Assembly (NCBI GenBank): GCA_051530055.1
Contig: CM121341.1
Location: 10,828,784-10,892,783, forward strand
DNA from: Neoechinorhynchus agilis
Taxonomy: Eukaryota; Animalia; Acanthocephala
Direction: 5' to 3'
Length of the DNA: 64,000 nt
Below, one piece after another: positions 24,961 through 37,149 of this stretch. The notes beneath the pieces are model-generated. The model was given only the letters and a program-made list of their open reading frames with translations. It did no database searches and was not told the DNA's origin. Position numbers and translations under genes: made by a program. Each line of letters opens with the position of its first letter. Position 1 is the stretch's first letter.

Positions 24961-25292
24961 GGGAAACAACTTTTCGTGGCTCGTTCTGAGGGTAATGAGA
25001 CGGCAGCTCAGTTTTGGTCTTCTCTTTATTGGCCATGCCGGAGTCGATTTCAGCTGACCTGCGATTTCCGTAGGATTAGTACCTTGGCTCCCTACTGCTC
25101 CCAATGGTGGCGAATTGCAGCCAAGAAAAGTTTCGTCCCTGGAAGAGGCGGCTGGCGCCTGGATTAAAGATGCTGGACTGCCCAAAGTGGTGTAGGAGTT
25201 ATGCAGGGAACATTCTGTTTTCTCTTCGAACACACCAGTACATCCAGAATTCTTGCCCATCCAACGCCGTAGAGTGGATCATTCTGCCAATG
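24961..25292 (+). mobile_element. LINE family C linker piece, mirror at 46773-47104
   Basis: Matches 12770-13070; QWWRIAAKKSFVPWK..AWIKDAG aligns with the family A linker (DFWSCILKRRPVCWKAKASNWI). Confidence 0.65.
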
Positions 25293-26365
25293 AGATAATT
25301 AAGGTCTGGCGGATTCCTGGTGCAACCGATGAAAACTCATCCAATATAATTGACCCGTCTTTTTCCTTCATGTGTAGCAGCAGAATTTGGCACTTTGCGT
25401 AATTTAGTTGCAACCCCAGTTCTTTGGTTTTTTCTACGAGTATTTTAAAATCGTCCAGAACTAATGCCGGATAGTCTCCTAAAGTTGCGTCGTCAAGATA
25501 CCAAGCATTGAATTTAGACTTTAAAGATTTAGCAACGTGATTAACTGCGACTGAGAAACCGATAGGGCCCAGGGGGTCTCTTTGTTGAACTCCGGACTCC
25601 GACCATATTATATTATTCTCATATATTAGAGGCGTCTTTGAGCCGTAAGCTGTTTGAAAGTACGGGAAAATTTCCGGTACGTTTTCGATCACCCTATTTA
25701 GGAGGGCACGTCGATTCAATGAGTTGAACGCGTTTTTGAAGTCGAGTTTAAGCACAACACTTGGCGAGGTCGAATTTTCAATATAATTACGAAGAGCATG
25801 AACGATCGCCTCGGCACCACACGAGGTACAGCAACCAAGTTGTGCAAGTCGAAGTTGTGCGCCTACCTTGTCTGTGATTCGTTTACATAGAACTTTAGCG
25901 GTAAGTCTACGAAGTGCACAGCCTATTGCAATGGGTCGAACGCCTCCATCTTTTTTCGATAAAGCACACAAGGAAGCTGAGAAAAAGAGCTGCTGACAAA
26001 CTTTACTGAGACCGCCCATTGTGAATCGATCGATAAGTTTGATAAGTGAATTTTCGAGAGAGATAGCTCCAGTTCTGGCTGTAAAGGACATCAAGTCCTT
26101 TAGGTGTTGAGGTCGTAGACCATCTAAATCATGCCCGGATCCGTTAGAAAAGGAGAAAACGCTCCGTTTCATCTCATCAATAGAGGTCAAATTATTCGTA
26201 TCCGGCGGAGTTGTTGAGTTAAAAGGCAAGGCGATATTTCCGTCCAAGCGTGGATGTCTCGCTTGTAATAAAATTAGAGTTTCAGGGATGTCATGACAGA
26301 AAGATTCATCAGACGACGGAATGCGCACCGCTCCACGAATATCCCCAACGCTCAATTTGGCTGAA
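25279..26365 (-). pseudogene. CRE-like (RLE-type) non-LTR reverse transcriptase, 358-aa open stretch, 3'-truncated; mirror at 45700-46786
   Basis: GDIRGAVRI, DGLRPQHLKD, KKDGGVRPIAIG, GAEAIVHALR, LKLDFKNAFN, GVQQRDPLGP (G to R change), WYLDD. Confidence 0.88.
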
Positions 26366-26558
26366 AACAGTCTTCCAATCGGTCGAGATTTATATTGACG
26401 CTCTTCTTTGATCTCTGGGTAATATTCTTGGTAAATTCGAGCTTAATTTTAAAAAAATATTTTTAAAAATAGTGGACATCCTCAGAAACAAATTACACGC
26501 TGCGTTCAAGGCAAGAGTTACTGGAATAGAAGATCAACACAGAGATCGTATGAGGAAA

Positions 26559-26933
26559 AACGATACATAAACATCCCTTATGTAAATGAAAAACGGCACA
26601 AAAATTTGAACTCAAAAATAGTGAATGCGTATTGACTAAAAGGAATGAAAGCAATAACTTACACCAAACAACAAAAGACCCTCAACGATACATAAACATC
26701 CCTTATGTAAATGAAAAATGGCACAAAAATTTGAACTCAAAAATAGTGAATGCGTATTGACTAAAAGGAATTAGAGCAATAACTTACACCAAACAACAAA
26801 AGACCCTCAACGATACATAAACATCCCTTATGTAAATGAAAAATGGCACAAAAATTTGAACTCAAAAATAGTGAATGCGTATTGACTAAAAGGAATTAGA
26901 GCAATAACTTACACCAAACAACAAAAGACCCTC
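26559..26933. repeat. Tandem repeat, 3 x 125 bp (mirror at 45132-45506)
   Basis: cgatacataaacatccc recurs at 26561, 26686 and 26811; units differ by a few substitutions. Confidence 0.95.
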
Positions 26934-27384
26934 GATGCTTTCATAAGTTCTGCGAAGGGTGACCCACCACTGATTCCAAATGTTGGATGGCAGTGCTGAT
27001 GCGAAGATCAATCATTCTCATTATGTTGTTTGTAAATTCGGCCATCTTGGTGTCTAGGGAATGCGTAGCGGTAGGGGGGTTCGAAATGACCTCTCAAGAC
27101 ATGAAATAGCAGAAAAGTATGCTTTCAAGGAAAACTTTTTTAACCATATTTATCTCCTTTAAATCCTCGAAACTTAATCTTTTATTCCATTTATCCAAGA
27201 GTTTATTTCGGTTATTAATATTTACAACGTTGAAAGCTTTTGGAGAACAAGATAGTGTTATTGGCCCCCGAGTCACTTCCACAGTAACCAAGCAAAGATT
27301 CTTTGTCAATTTCCATTGATATTCTGCTTATCTAGGGCGGACTCCATGATGGCATTGAAGATACTCCAAAAAGATTACGCCTTA

Positions 27385-27725
27385 AAATTTGGCGTTATAA
27401 GTCGCCACGGGTGTAGACACGTTCGCGGCAAGTAACAAGAGGTTTGTGGTGCAATCCCCAGGGGAAGCGGCTACTGCGGCGGAGGACTGAAAGGTGGCGC
27501 AGTATAGAGAATTTAGTAGGTCTCACGTTTTTATACCCTTTGGAGTGGAGACTCTTGGTGCGCTCGGTAGCTCGCCACTTAGATTTACGAAGGAGTTATC
27601 GAGTAGACTCCAGGCTAAGACAGGAAATACAAGAGCTGGAGCCTTCCTACGCCAAAACATTGGTCTCGCGATCCAAAGAGGAAACAAGGCGAGTGTGGTC
27701 GGACCACTGAGGGGAGAGCTAAACG
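27385..27725 (+). mobile_element. Second CRE-like family, 3' RLE fragment (mirror at 44340-44680)
   Basis: VDTFAAS..PGEAATAAE, FIPFGVETLGALG, FLRQNIGLAIQRGN. Confidence 0.85.
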
Positions 27726-28641
27726 TTTTGTTGTTGTGTGTGCAACCGGTGAAAATTTGGAAAATAATGGACGAATTTTAAAAAATTGAATAATCGGTGT
27801 TTTGTTGATACGATCGCACTTGTTTGCTCTGGGACTGTTGCACCATAAAAAACTTACATTTTTCATATTTTTTATTTTTTAAATAATGACTTCTGTACCG
27901 AATACATTTGGGATTTTCTTGCTTCATCGAATTTTTTATTGCCATGTTAAATGTCCCAGCTCGCCAATGGTGGAGGTCGTGCCCATAATGCTGGCATAGT
28001 TCCTATCAGTTTCTTTAACATCGCTAATAATCATTCTTTTTCTTTGTCTTTAAAGTGGCCAGGGCGTTTTTTTTGTAAAACAACCTGAACTTCAATGATT
28101 TAGAATTGTAGCTTTAACAACCCGTTGTAGCATCTGCCCCTTTCTTATTGATATCCACCGACTTAATCCAATTTCGAACTGGTATCATCAGATGAATTCA
28201 TCCTCTGAGCAAAGAATCGCTTTGAAGTACCCAAACGTGTACTCATCGTTCCTGGGCCAAACAAGCACGGCGAATGGCAGCAGTTTAAGCTGATTCCAGC
28301 CGATTGCTATTTTAATAGCGAATGCGCAATATTTCGTTGGACTTTTTGGGCATGGTGATTCCATTAAAGATAACGGAGTCTGCAAAATGCGGTCTTATAA
28401 ATTAATCCAGTCGCATACACCGATTGAACAACTTAACTACGGTCGATGAGGGTCGAAAATCGTTTTCTCACGAACGTTTTGGATGAATCGACTACATTAT
28501 TTGTGCAGCAAATATCGCCATGCAATATACAACCGGAAACCTTTCTTTAAAAATATCTTAGCTGTACAAATTTTAATCTCTACCTACAATCTTTGACAAA
28601 ATGCCTTTTTACTTCTTTAAATCAATTCCCGAACACTCACA

Positions 28642-29720
28642 CTAATCTTCATTTTTTATATCCTGAAGCTCCCACACGTGTTCATCATTTAACTTCCTCA
28701 GCATCCAACTAAATGTTTCTCTTGCGCATTGTCCTAGCCCCTTCATATCAGAAAGTTCTGCCATCGTATGGTATTTTGTTTCAGGTAAAAAGATTATCAG
28801 TATGGCAGCAAAAAGTGCAAAACCTCCATTCGAGAGCATAGTTGCGAGTCTTTGAGTAGTCAGTTGATCTTTCAAGAAAGGACTTAAAGCTGTTACTATT
28901 CCAGCGACAAAAAAAGCAAATCCAAATCCGAATTGTCTGTACTTCGTTGGAAATAGCTCTGTTACGAGCATCCAAACGATATCACCATTAGTCGAAGTCG
29001 AGAACTTTGCGATGTGATTGAAGACCTTCAAGGCTTCGTTATTGCTTGAAGGAAGGACAAATATGAATGCAAGCAAAAGATTGCTGAAAAGACTTAGAGT
29101 TTTTCGTCCGAAGAATTTCGCTGCGACGCTGCATAAGACAAACTGTGGAATTTCAATAATAGTTGTGATAAAGAAATGGAGGTAGATGTTGGACGAAAAT
29201 GCGGACGCTGATAGTGTAAATCCGAAATAACCAAAAAAGCCAATGACATTATGATACATCCACAAAACAACGAGTATGGAAACACAATTGACGAAAACAT
29301 TGCTTTTAAGTTTTTCTTTATCCGATTTAGCAGCGTTACACGAGTTTGGACCTCTGAATTATCGGCTATTAGTCTGATGTCGTCAAGTAAAAGAAACATT
29401 TGATCTTGTGGTTTCGTTGAATTCATTTTGTATGCTTCGGTTAATATTTCATTTACATCAGCTTTTCGTTTATGAACTGCAAGCCAAAATAAACTTTCTC
29501 TCATAATCCAATAATGGAGTACAGTGATTGCGACTGTAACATAAACTGTCAAATAAAGATTCCGCCACCCTCTAACAAAATAAGCGACTAAATCCAACAT
29601 CAACATTCCTATACACCAAACGAAATTAGCTTTTATGAACGGGATACCTCTGTATTCGACTGCGAAAATTTCAACGCTAAGAATATGACAAGAAATTTCA
29701 CCCATCTGTCAGGCGAAGAG
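28642..29720 (-). pseudogene. SLC22/organic-cation-transporter-like MFS gene, 5'-truncated, one frame break; mirror at 42345-43423
   Basis: VEIFAVEYRG, LVAYFVRGWRNL, MRESLFWL, GYFGFTL..NIYLHFF..IEIP, FFGRK, TELFPTKYRQFGFG, FLPETK. Confidence 0.85.
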
Positions 29721-29724
29721 TTGC

Positions 29725-31224
29725 TCTCTTCCCTAAAAAAGATTTTAGGATCATTATTGTCCAACTTGTTTTCCGTTTTCCTTTTATAAGGATTAAAGGA
29801 AGGAGATTTATCCATAGTCATCACATTCACCTTATCTTCCATTGCGATATCTTCCATATTATCAACCATCCTACTCTCTTCCGACTTACACCTTCCCGAG
29901 TCACCGTTCTTGTCTAGTGAATTTTTTAACGAATTTATTATTACGCCTTTTTCTTCAATTTTTTTGTAAAGAACTTTGACTTGGTCTTGCAGGGAGCGAA
30001 TTTGACCCACTAAGGATTCCAAAAACTGTCCATCATATGCTTGGCTAAATGAAGTATTATGAGAACAGGAGCGCGAGGCTTGCTTCTGTTTACCCAGACA
30101 TTGGATTTATAACCGTTAGAATTTTCATATGATTTGAAGTATTTTACTGCTGCAGGGCAGAACCTTTTAAAGGCTTCTTGATTTCCACCACAATTGCAAC
30201 AACATATTCTACTGCGTTGGCATGATGAAGAAAAATGATTTTCAGCACAGGTGCCGCATTTCGTATCATTTTTGCATTGTGAAATAGAATGGCCCATTTG
30301 TTGCATTTCTTACATTGGGTCAAAATATAATCATAAATCGAGTTTGGTCTGGGAAAAGAAAAGTTTATCCAGTGGGCCAGAAAACCCGCCGAAGTGCCTT
30401 TTAATTTATAAATTATGTTAGATGAACATTGTACTAGTAGAGCATAAGGATGTTTATCCGGATTATTGAAGAGAAATTTAATAGTTTTAACTTGGAATTT
30501 TTGTTCAAACATAGAAAGGCCCTCCTGATTCATATTTGGAATATTGAAAACAAGCAGCGAAGTTTTACGCGAAATATCCGCAAAATCCACCTGACAATCT
30601 TTTAACATTTTAGAAAAATCTCCACGCCCTTCATAACTTACGAATGCTATTAAGTGAGCCCATTTTGTTGAGAAATATTTTTTGATCTGATAAATTTTTA
30701 CACTTCCCCATTTTTTTTGGTGATACTTAATTAGTAAGGTAATGTTTAACCACCTCGCTTAGAAAGGCACTTTTTAAATTTTCCTTTTTAATACGAAGAA
30801 TAAATTCCTCTTTGAGTCTCCGGAATTTCGGCGTAAACTCCTGATGGACATCAACTGAGACTTAATAATTGAATGAGGAGTCATTATTATTCACAACTTT
30901 AGTTAAACTATGTATGTTTTCAAACCTTGGAGCATTGGAAGAGTTTAACCCATCTTTGTCTAAATTAACAACTTGCGTGTGGGGGGCCGAAAACCCATTA
31001 TTGTTTAGGAAAACCACACTGGTCTTATCAACAAAACTCTGGGGGGTAGGACACCCATTACTCAAAACCACATCGAGAGGAATACCAACATACCCATCCC
31101 TGAGACCCTCCGAACTAACGTTGTCATTGACCACCGGATTAGTTTTGCGTTTTTCAAAAGGATCAGGAGGCCTCAAATCATGGGATTCGATTTGACGCCT
31201 AGCAGTTGGATTTTTGCGCGACAT
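29725..31224 (-). mobile_element. LINE family D ORF1, decayed (mirror at 40841-42340)
   Basis: N-terminal RPPDP, EEFILRIKKE block homologous to families A and B, SIYDYILTQCKKCNKW plus two further CCHC-type knuckles across a frameshift, coiled coil. Confidence 0.85.
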
Positions 31225-31234
31225 ATTACAGCAA

Positions 31235-31530
31235 ATTTTAATGCTTTACTCCACCTCTGCACACTCGAAGGTGCATGCGCACACATATAAATCAATAATT
31301 ATGCGTGCACATGGATCGATGGTCACCACATCTTCTCCCCCACAGAAAATCGTCATAAGGTAATTTAGGCTTCCGCCGTATTCGATCACTACGCCTTGGT
31401 TGGATCGGTACCTGGCTGATCACTTCTTGGTCCTCGACGCGTGTTCCACCCTCTTCGTTCGTCGCTTTGTTAGGACGCATCACCTCAGTAACAGGAACGT
31501 TCTCGCCTACTCTGAAAATGTTCAAATTAT
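31235..31530 (-). mobile_element. Gypsy 3' end with PPT and LTR stub (mirror at 40535-40830)
   Basis: PRRSDRIRRKPKLPYDDFL then gggggagaaga (40724-40734) and TG at 40735; parallels the 51591-51605 junction. Confidence 0.75.
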
Positions 31531-31544
31531 TAGCTTCCACCAAC

Positions 31545-32825
31545 GACCAAGCCATATTGGATGCATAGAACTTCGTACCGATATCGTAACTTTCCAGCCT
31601 ATCCTCTTCAAAGTTAGAAACTCCGAGTGAAACTCTGTCTCTATACTCCTTTTGGGGACAGTAACTGGAATTCATTAGATCACCAACGAGTCGACTGATT
31701 TTACACAATGTATCAATGGTTCGATGGTTGACATCCGTTTCAAGCGGGTCGCGAGTCCATCTCGCAAAAGCCCAGGCCAGCGGATGAGCAGAATGAATCG
31801 ATATACCCCGATTCCCCGTAGTGCTACTATAAGCATAGATATCGCTCACCGTTCCAACTCTTCGACGACCCGTATTTGGCACTCTGAAGGCTATCTGGCC
31901 GACATCCAACTGTCGATAGAAAGGCTTCGAGAGGCCGGGCAGCTAATAAGGATTAGGTGGAAATTGTTCACTATAACGCTTTCCTTCCGACCCTAGACAT
32001 CATATCAAGCTGGATCAAAGGGTAGAAGTACAGTCCGCTGTTGAAGTCCCAGTTAAACCGGACCCCCGAAACGAAAGGTACATCTAACCTTCTCAGAAGG
32101 CGATGAGCGTACGAGTTATTCGCAGCACAAATGAACGAATAGATGTTTTCTTGCAGTGTAATCGATTCATATGTCTCGCCCATGTGAGATCCCGCGGGAA
32201 GCGTCAGACCGAAAACGTCATAAGGGAAACCTCCCACTTCGCTTTTCCGGCAGAAGATGAACCTTTCGACTGTCCAAGCATCGTCCTCCATAGTCAAAAA
32301 AATCACATATAACGTGGGAGCCGTCCGTACCCCGAAGGTGTCCAAGAGCATGTGGTACGAATAAGTACCTTCTGACTCAACAGCATAGTTCTCACAAATA
32401 GGGATGGGATTCCATGGTGTGCGGACTAGTAAGCATATTTGTTCCGGTGGATCCGCGAACTTCCTGAGACGCAAAGCAACAACATAACGATCCAACGAAT
32501 GGCTGCGCTGTGCACCGCCCTCTTCCCATACTGCCCGATCGCTAGCTATCCTCTCAAAGCAATCCGTTACATTAAGTTAAATACAAACGACCTCAAACGG
32601 CACACTGTGCCAAAAACCTGTAGACAGTGCCTCCCACGACGATCGTTACAGCAGGGGCGGGATAGTGAGGGCTGGTTCCTCATCTACTGAAAGTAGCTCC
32701 CTTAATGGCGTGAAATTGGAAGGGGACCCATCTATAGTATGACTCATACAGCTAGCTCCACAAATCGTTAAAAATGCGAGCTTTTCCTGACGCTTTCGCT
32801 GGAGGGGGCTACCAGATTGACCATG
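31545..32825 (-). pseudogene. Long decayed intronless ORF of unknown origin (mirror at 39240-40520)
   Basis: 174-aa and 205-aa ORFs join across one frameshift and a few stops into ~420 codons; more GC-rich than the flanks. Confidence 0.4.
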
Positions 32826-33914
32826 TTGACCGAATCCGCAAATTCCATCTTAGAGATGAAGTTAACCATGTCTGAAGTTATTAAATTGAACTCCCGATCT
32901 TCGCATGCAATGCCGTCCACTCGATGAAGGTCACACGAATGTAATATCGATCTTCAACCGGGCCAGAAGCTACTGTAGAGACCGTCCTCCGGTCGGAAGT
33001 GGTCAACTTACCGACGGTGCCCGATCGAACTACTGACACTACGCTAGGGAACCACAACCAAATAGTGGCCATCAAATCCTGTTGCGTATGACCAGGGTCA
33101 ATTCGAATTTGCCGAAAGCTTCTTTTTTTGATGAGAAGGAGGCTGACGCCTTGAAAATTCGCAATGAAGAGTTCAATAAAACTCGAGCGTGTTACAATTC
33201 GCCATTGAAAATACAAAACCACTCGAAGGAACAATTGGATGGAATTAATTTTTCTATGATTCTATCTTTTCAAAAAACCGCCGTAATTATTTGACGATAA
33301 TAAAACGTAAAGCAAATAAATGAGTATGTCGACGTTATACGATTGACGCTAAAAAATAAAACCGTGCTTCTTCCGTATTTACACCGTTTTCATTCTCAAC
33401 GTCGAATCGAGTGCGCGCTTCGTTTCACCATTTTTACGCAATGGCGTCGATGTGCTCTTCCAAGTGACTTAAAGTGAGATCGAGCATTTCGACTGCTTAA
33501 AGTGTGGGTTATTAATGCTCAATTGAAAAGGTACGCAATTACGGTAATTTTTTTAAATGAGGAAATCATCTAATCTCCTCGCTGTTTTTTCTGCCTTCTA
33601 AATTCGAAACGTTTCAACCGTTCCGAGCCTTTTCGTGCGCTGCGATTTGTTGAGTTCGCTTTGGATTTAAGCGCTTGGTTTCTCTTTTGGTTGTCTTCGG
33701 GTCAAGTATTCTGCGGTGTTCTATTATAATCTTCAATATGCCACTAGGTATTCACTAGCGTTTTTTGTTTGTTCTTTACTCCTTTATGGTGTTAACTTGT
33801 CATTTGGTAAACATTCGTTTCAGAGCTACTTTCTTGCAGGTATTCTAGCTCAGTGTATATATTATTCAAGGTAAAAAATTATAGTACCCTCGCATAGCGT
33901 TAAGAAGGACGCCT

Positions 33915-34915
33915 ATAACTCTAGATACGGTTTCGCTTCCTGTCACCTCAACTAAATTGGTTAGAATGTAGCAATTGTACACTTGGTGCATCAGCGTCTT
34001 GTCTTTTGCTCTGTTTCGCGTGCCTGAACTGAGCCCTGCAAACATTTTCTCGCTTGCCCCGCAGATGAATCTTCTGAGCAACGGGCTAACCTGCAGGAGT
34101 GACTTTGCGCCATCCACATGCTCGTTGCTGCCTTCTGGAGGAATGCGATCTTCTTGTTGTCATTGAATCACCTCAGGTTTACTAGCCTCGGCCACTCTGC
34201 AACCATGCAGTGGACCAGCACACTCAGTTCTACCATCTTATGGTGCTGATTGTAGGAACTGAAGTCGTATGAAACTGCCCATCCATGGGACCCTTTCCAG
34301 TGTTTTCCCGTGCAAGCCAACACGTCTTCTAGCTGTGATTTTCACAACCAAGTGTTAGTTAGAGAATTTTATATACTTCTTTAGCACTACGTCCGACCCT
34401 GTTAAAACAATCTGCGATTGCAATGATAGTTTTGGGCTTATTTGACCGGAAACACGTATGTGCCACATTTAGATTCATTAAAGGTTCAACCAATTGGCAA
34501 AGCTCTTTATTAGCTGCAAATACGTTTTATTGATTAAGAAGAACGATCCATACACTTGCCAGCATCCACCTTTGCTGAAGTTGTCTGGATGTCGGATGTT
34601 GAGGCAGGGAGGTGGGATTTGCCTTTGGAGTTTTACAGGAGAATGGCCGATTGGGAGTTTTTCCTTGTTCTCCGGTTGTTAAGGAAAGGTTGGGTTTGGG
34701 GGAGGAAGGATTTTTGGTGGAGAGTGGTACGAGCGAGAGCACATCTTTCCAGGAGCACACTGGAGAAATCAATGTCCTTATTATTCATGAATTTTGTGCC
34801 CAGTTGCTTTGTCAAATAATGCCGATTATCTTGATTTGATGTTATCAATTGCAGGATATAAGGAGTGGCGACCTTAGCGGAACGAACGATTTCGTATGCA
34901 AGATTGAAAAATACC
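33915..34915 (-). pseudogene. Endogenous viral element: toti-like (Ghabrivirales) RdRp remnant; mirror at 37150-38150
   Basis: Ordered motifs across three frames in the mirror copy: KPKTIIAIAD (37626-37655), YDFSSYNQHH (37796-37825), GLSSGTRNRAKDKTLMHQVY (38029-38088). GDD not recovered. Confidence 0.65.
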
Positions 34916-35494
34916 TACCTATAGGGTAATCATCGAATCTGAGAAAGTTAACGTCGTAACTAAGTTTACCTTTTGAGCCTATAAATTGTTCAGACAGTAA
35001 GACAAAGAAGTTTTATAATATGTCTTACTATTTCGAAGTGCAGGTTGTGTCTAATCAGTGGAACTCTCTATAAAATATTTGAGGAATTTCGCGGTCTTAA
35101 AAATGAAAATAACAAACATTGCCAATGAGTAATATGAGCGTTGTTATAAAATCAAAGCTTGCGATTGCAAGTTAAAATAGGCACCGGCTGTTTGCTGGAC
35201 CAAAAATACACCGTATTCGCTAACACCCGTTAGGGAATTAACTCACATTTGTTAATATTTCAAGCTGTGGGTTTAGTATAGTTTCGGCAAACTACTTACG
35301 GCCTTCATATACAAAAACTACGAAATCGCGTTCTAATATCGAATTATTATTTATTATTCATATGGCGCTTTCAAACACACACAAATCAGTTCTCCAATTT
35401 TTAAGTTTATGAGATCCAGCATCTCCCGGGCCTAGGACAACTGTGAGTTGAAGGACGATCTCTTAAATCCCTCACAGTAGCCTCGAGTACCCTT

Positions 35495-36032
35495 TTTATT
35501 GTCTATTAATAAGTATCCTTTTCCTATCCTGAGCCTGTAAAAGAGGGATGAGCGTAAAGAAATCACTTACCTCTTTCCGGTTTAATAGATTAGTGGAATT
35601 AATGGGTTAAAAACTAGAAGAGTTATTGTAAAAGATTGTAAGAATTGAAGAGTTGTACTTAAAATATTTACAGATAGAATTAAGATTAGAGAAAACCAGA
35701 TTTTAGACAAGAAAAGTCTTGTTAAAAAGGAAAAAAGGGTTCCGTATCTATATTATTTCTAAAAAGAATACTACTAAGCTTATTTAGCAAAATACGAAAA
35801 AAAGGAAAGCCTATTTTCAGGGGGCCGGCCTCATGCGAAAAAACAAATGGAACCCCCTAAAAAGATTTTTAAAACTTTGGAGATAAAAGGAGAAGTGGCG
35901 GAGAGCCTTTTTGCTCTTTTGATGAAGATAACTGTTTTTGCCAATAGGCTTTCAACGGAAGAGTTGATAAATGTTCTATGATTCTTACAGGGGAAGTCTA
36001 CACCTAAAATCCTCGAATGTGATCTAAAGTTG
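35495..36032 (-). mobile_element. LINE family A-like 3' end, cut at the palindrome centre (mirror at 36033-36570)
   Basis: Homologous to 1-350 (RILGVDFPC, ICFFA*GRPP); sequence upstream of the thumb region is replaced by the mirror arm. Confidence 0.88.
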
Positions 36033-37149
36033 CAACTTTAGATCACATTCGAGGATTTTAGGTGTAGACTTCCCCTGTAAGAATCATAGAACATTTATCA
36101 ACTCTTCCGTTGAAAGCCTATTGGCAAAAACAGTTATCTTCATCAAAAGAGCAAAAAGGCTCTCCGCCACTTCTCCTTTTATCTCCAAAGTTTTAAAAAT
36201 CTTTTTAGGGGGTTCCATTTGTTTTTTCGCATGAGGCCGGCCCCCTGAAAATAGGCTTTCCTTTTTTTCGTATTTTGCTAAATAAGCTTAGTAGTATTCT
36301 TTTTAGAAATAATATAGATACGGAACCCTTTTTTCCTTTTTAACAAGACTTTTCTTGTCTAAAATCTGGTTTTCTCTAATCTTAATTCTATCTGTAAATA
36401 TTTTAAGTACAACTCTTCAATTCTTACAATCTTTTACAATAACTCTTCTAGTTTTTAACCCATTAATTCCACTAATCTATTAAACCGGAAAGAGGTAAGT
36501 GATTTCTTTACGCTCATCCCTCTTTTACAGGCTCAGGATAGGAAAAGGATACTTATTAATAGACAATAAAAAGGGTACTCGAGGCTACTGTGAGGGATTT
36601 AAGAGATCGTCCTTCAACTCACAGTTGTCCTAGGCCCGGGAGATGCTGGATCTCATAAACTTAAAAATTGGAGAACTGATTTGTGTGTGTTTGAAAGCGC
36701 CATATGAATAATAAATAATAATTCGATATTAGAACGCGATTTCGTAGTTTTTGTATATGAAGGCCGTAAGTAGTTTGCCGAAACTATACTAAACCCACAG
36801 CTTGAAATATTAACAAATGTGAGTTAATTCCCTAACGGGTGTTAGCGAATACGGTGTATTTTTGGTCCAGCAAACAGCCGGTGCCTATTTTAACTTGCAA
36901 TCGCAAGCTTTGATTTTATAACAACGCTCATATTACTCATTGGCAATGTTTGTTATTTTCATTTTTAAGACCGCGAAATTCCTCAAATATTTTATAGAGA
37001 GTTCCACTGATTAGACACAACCTGCACTTCGAAATAGTAAGACATATTATAAAACTTCTTTGTCTTACTGTCTGAACAATTTATAGGCTCAAAAGGTAAA
37101 CTTAGTTACGACGTTAACTTTCTCAGATTCGATGATTACCCTATAGGTA

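Noticed and set aside
26559-26933. Possible CRISPR array
   Set aside because: Whole 125-bp units repeat with no unique spacers; an ordinary minisatellite.
27045-27100. tRNA-like words (ggttcgaa on +, caagatggccga on -)
   Set aside because: The two boxes lie on opposite strands and no cloverleaf forms.
34556-34839. SH3-like string FGVLQENGRLGVFP in a + strand ORF
   Set aside because: The rest of an SH3 fold needs stops and frameshifts, and the opposite strand carries the ordered RdRp motifs; treated as an antisense shadow.
35167-35186. gcaagttaaaataggcacc resembles the SpCas9 tracrRNA/sgRNA scaffold
   Set aside because: Only ~13 nt of AT-rich match; no repeat:anti-repeat, cas gene or array; eukaryotic context.
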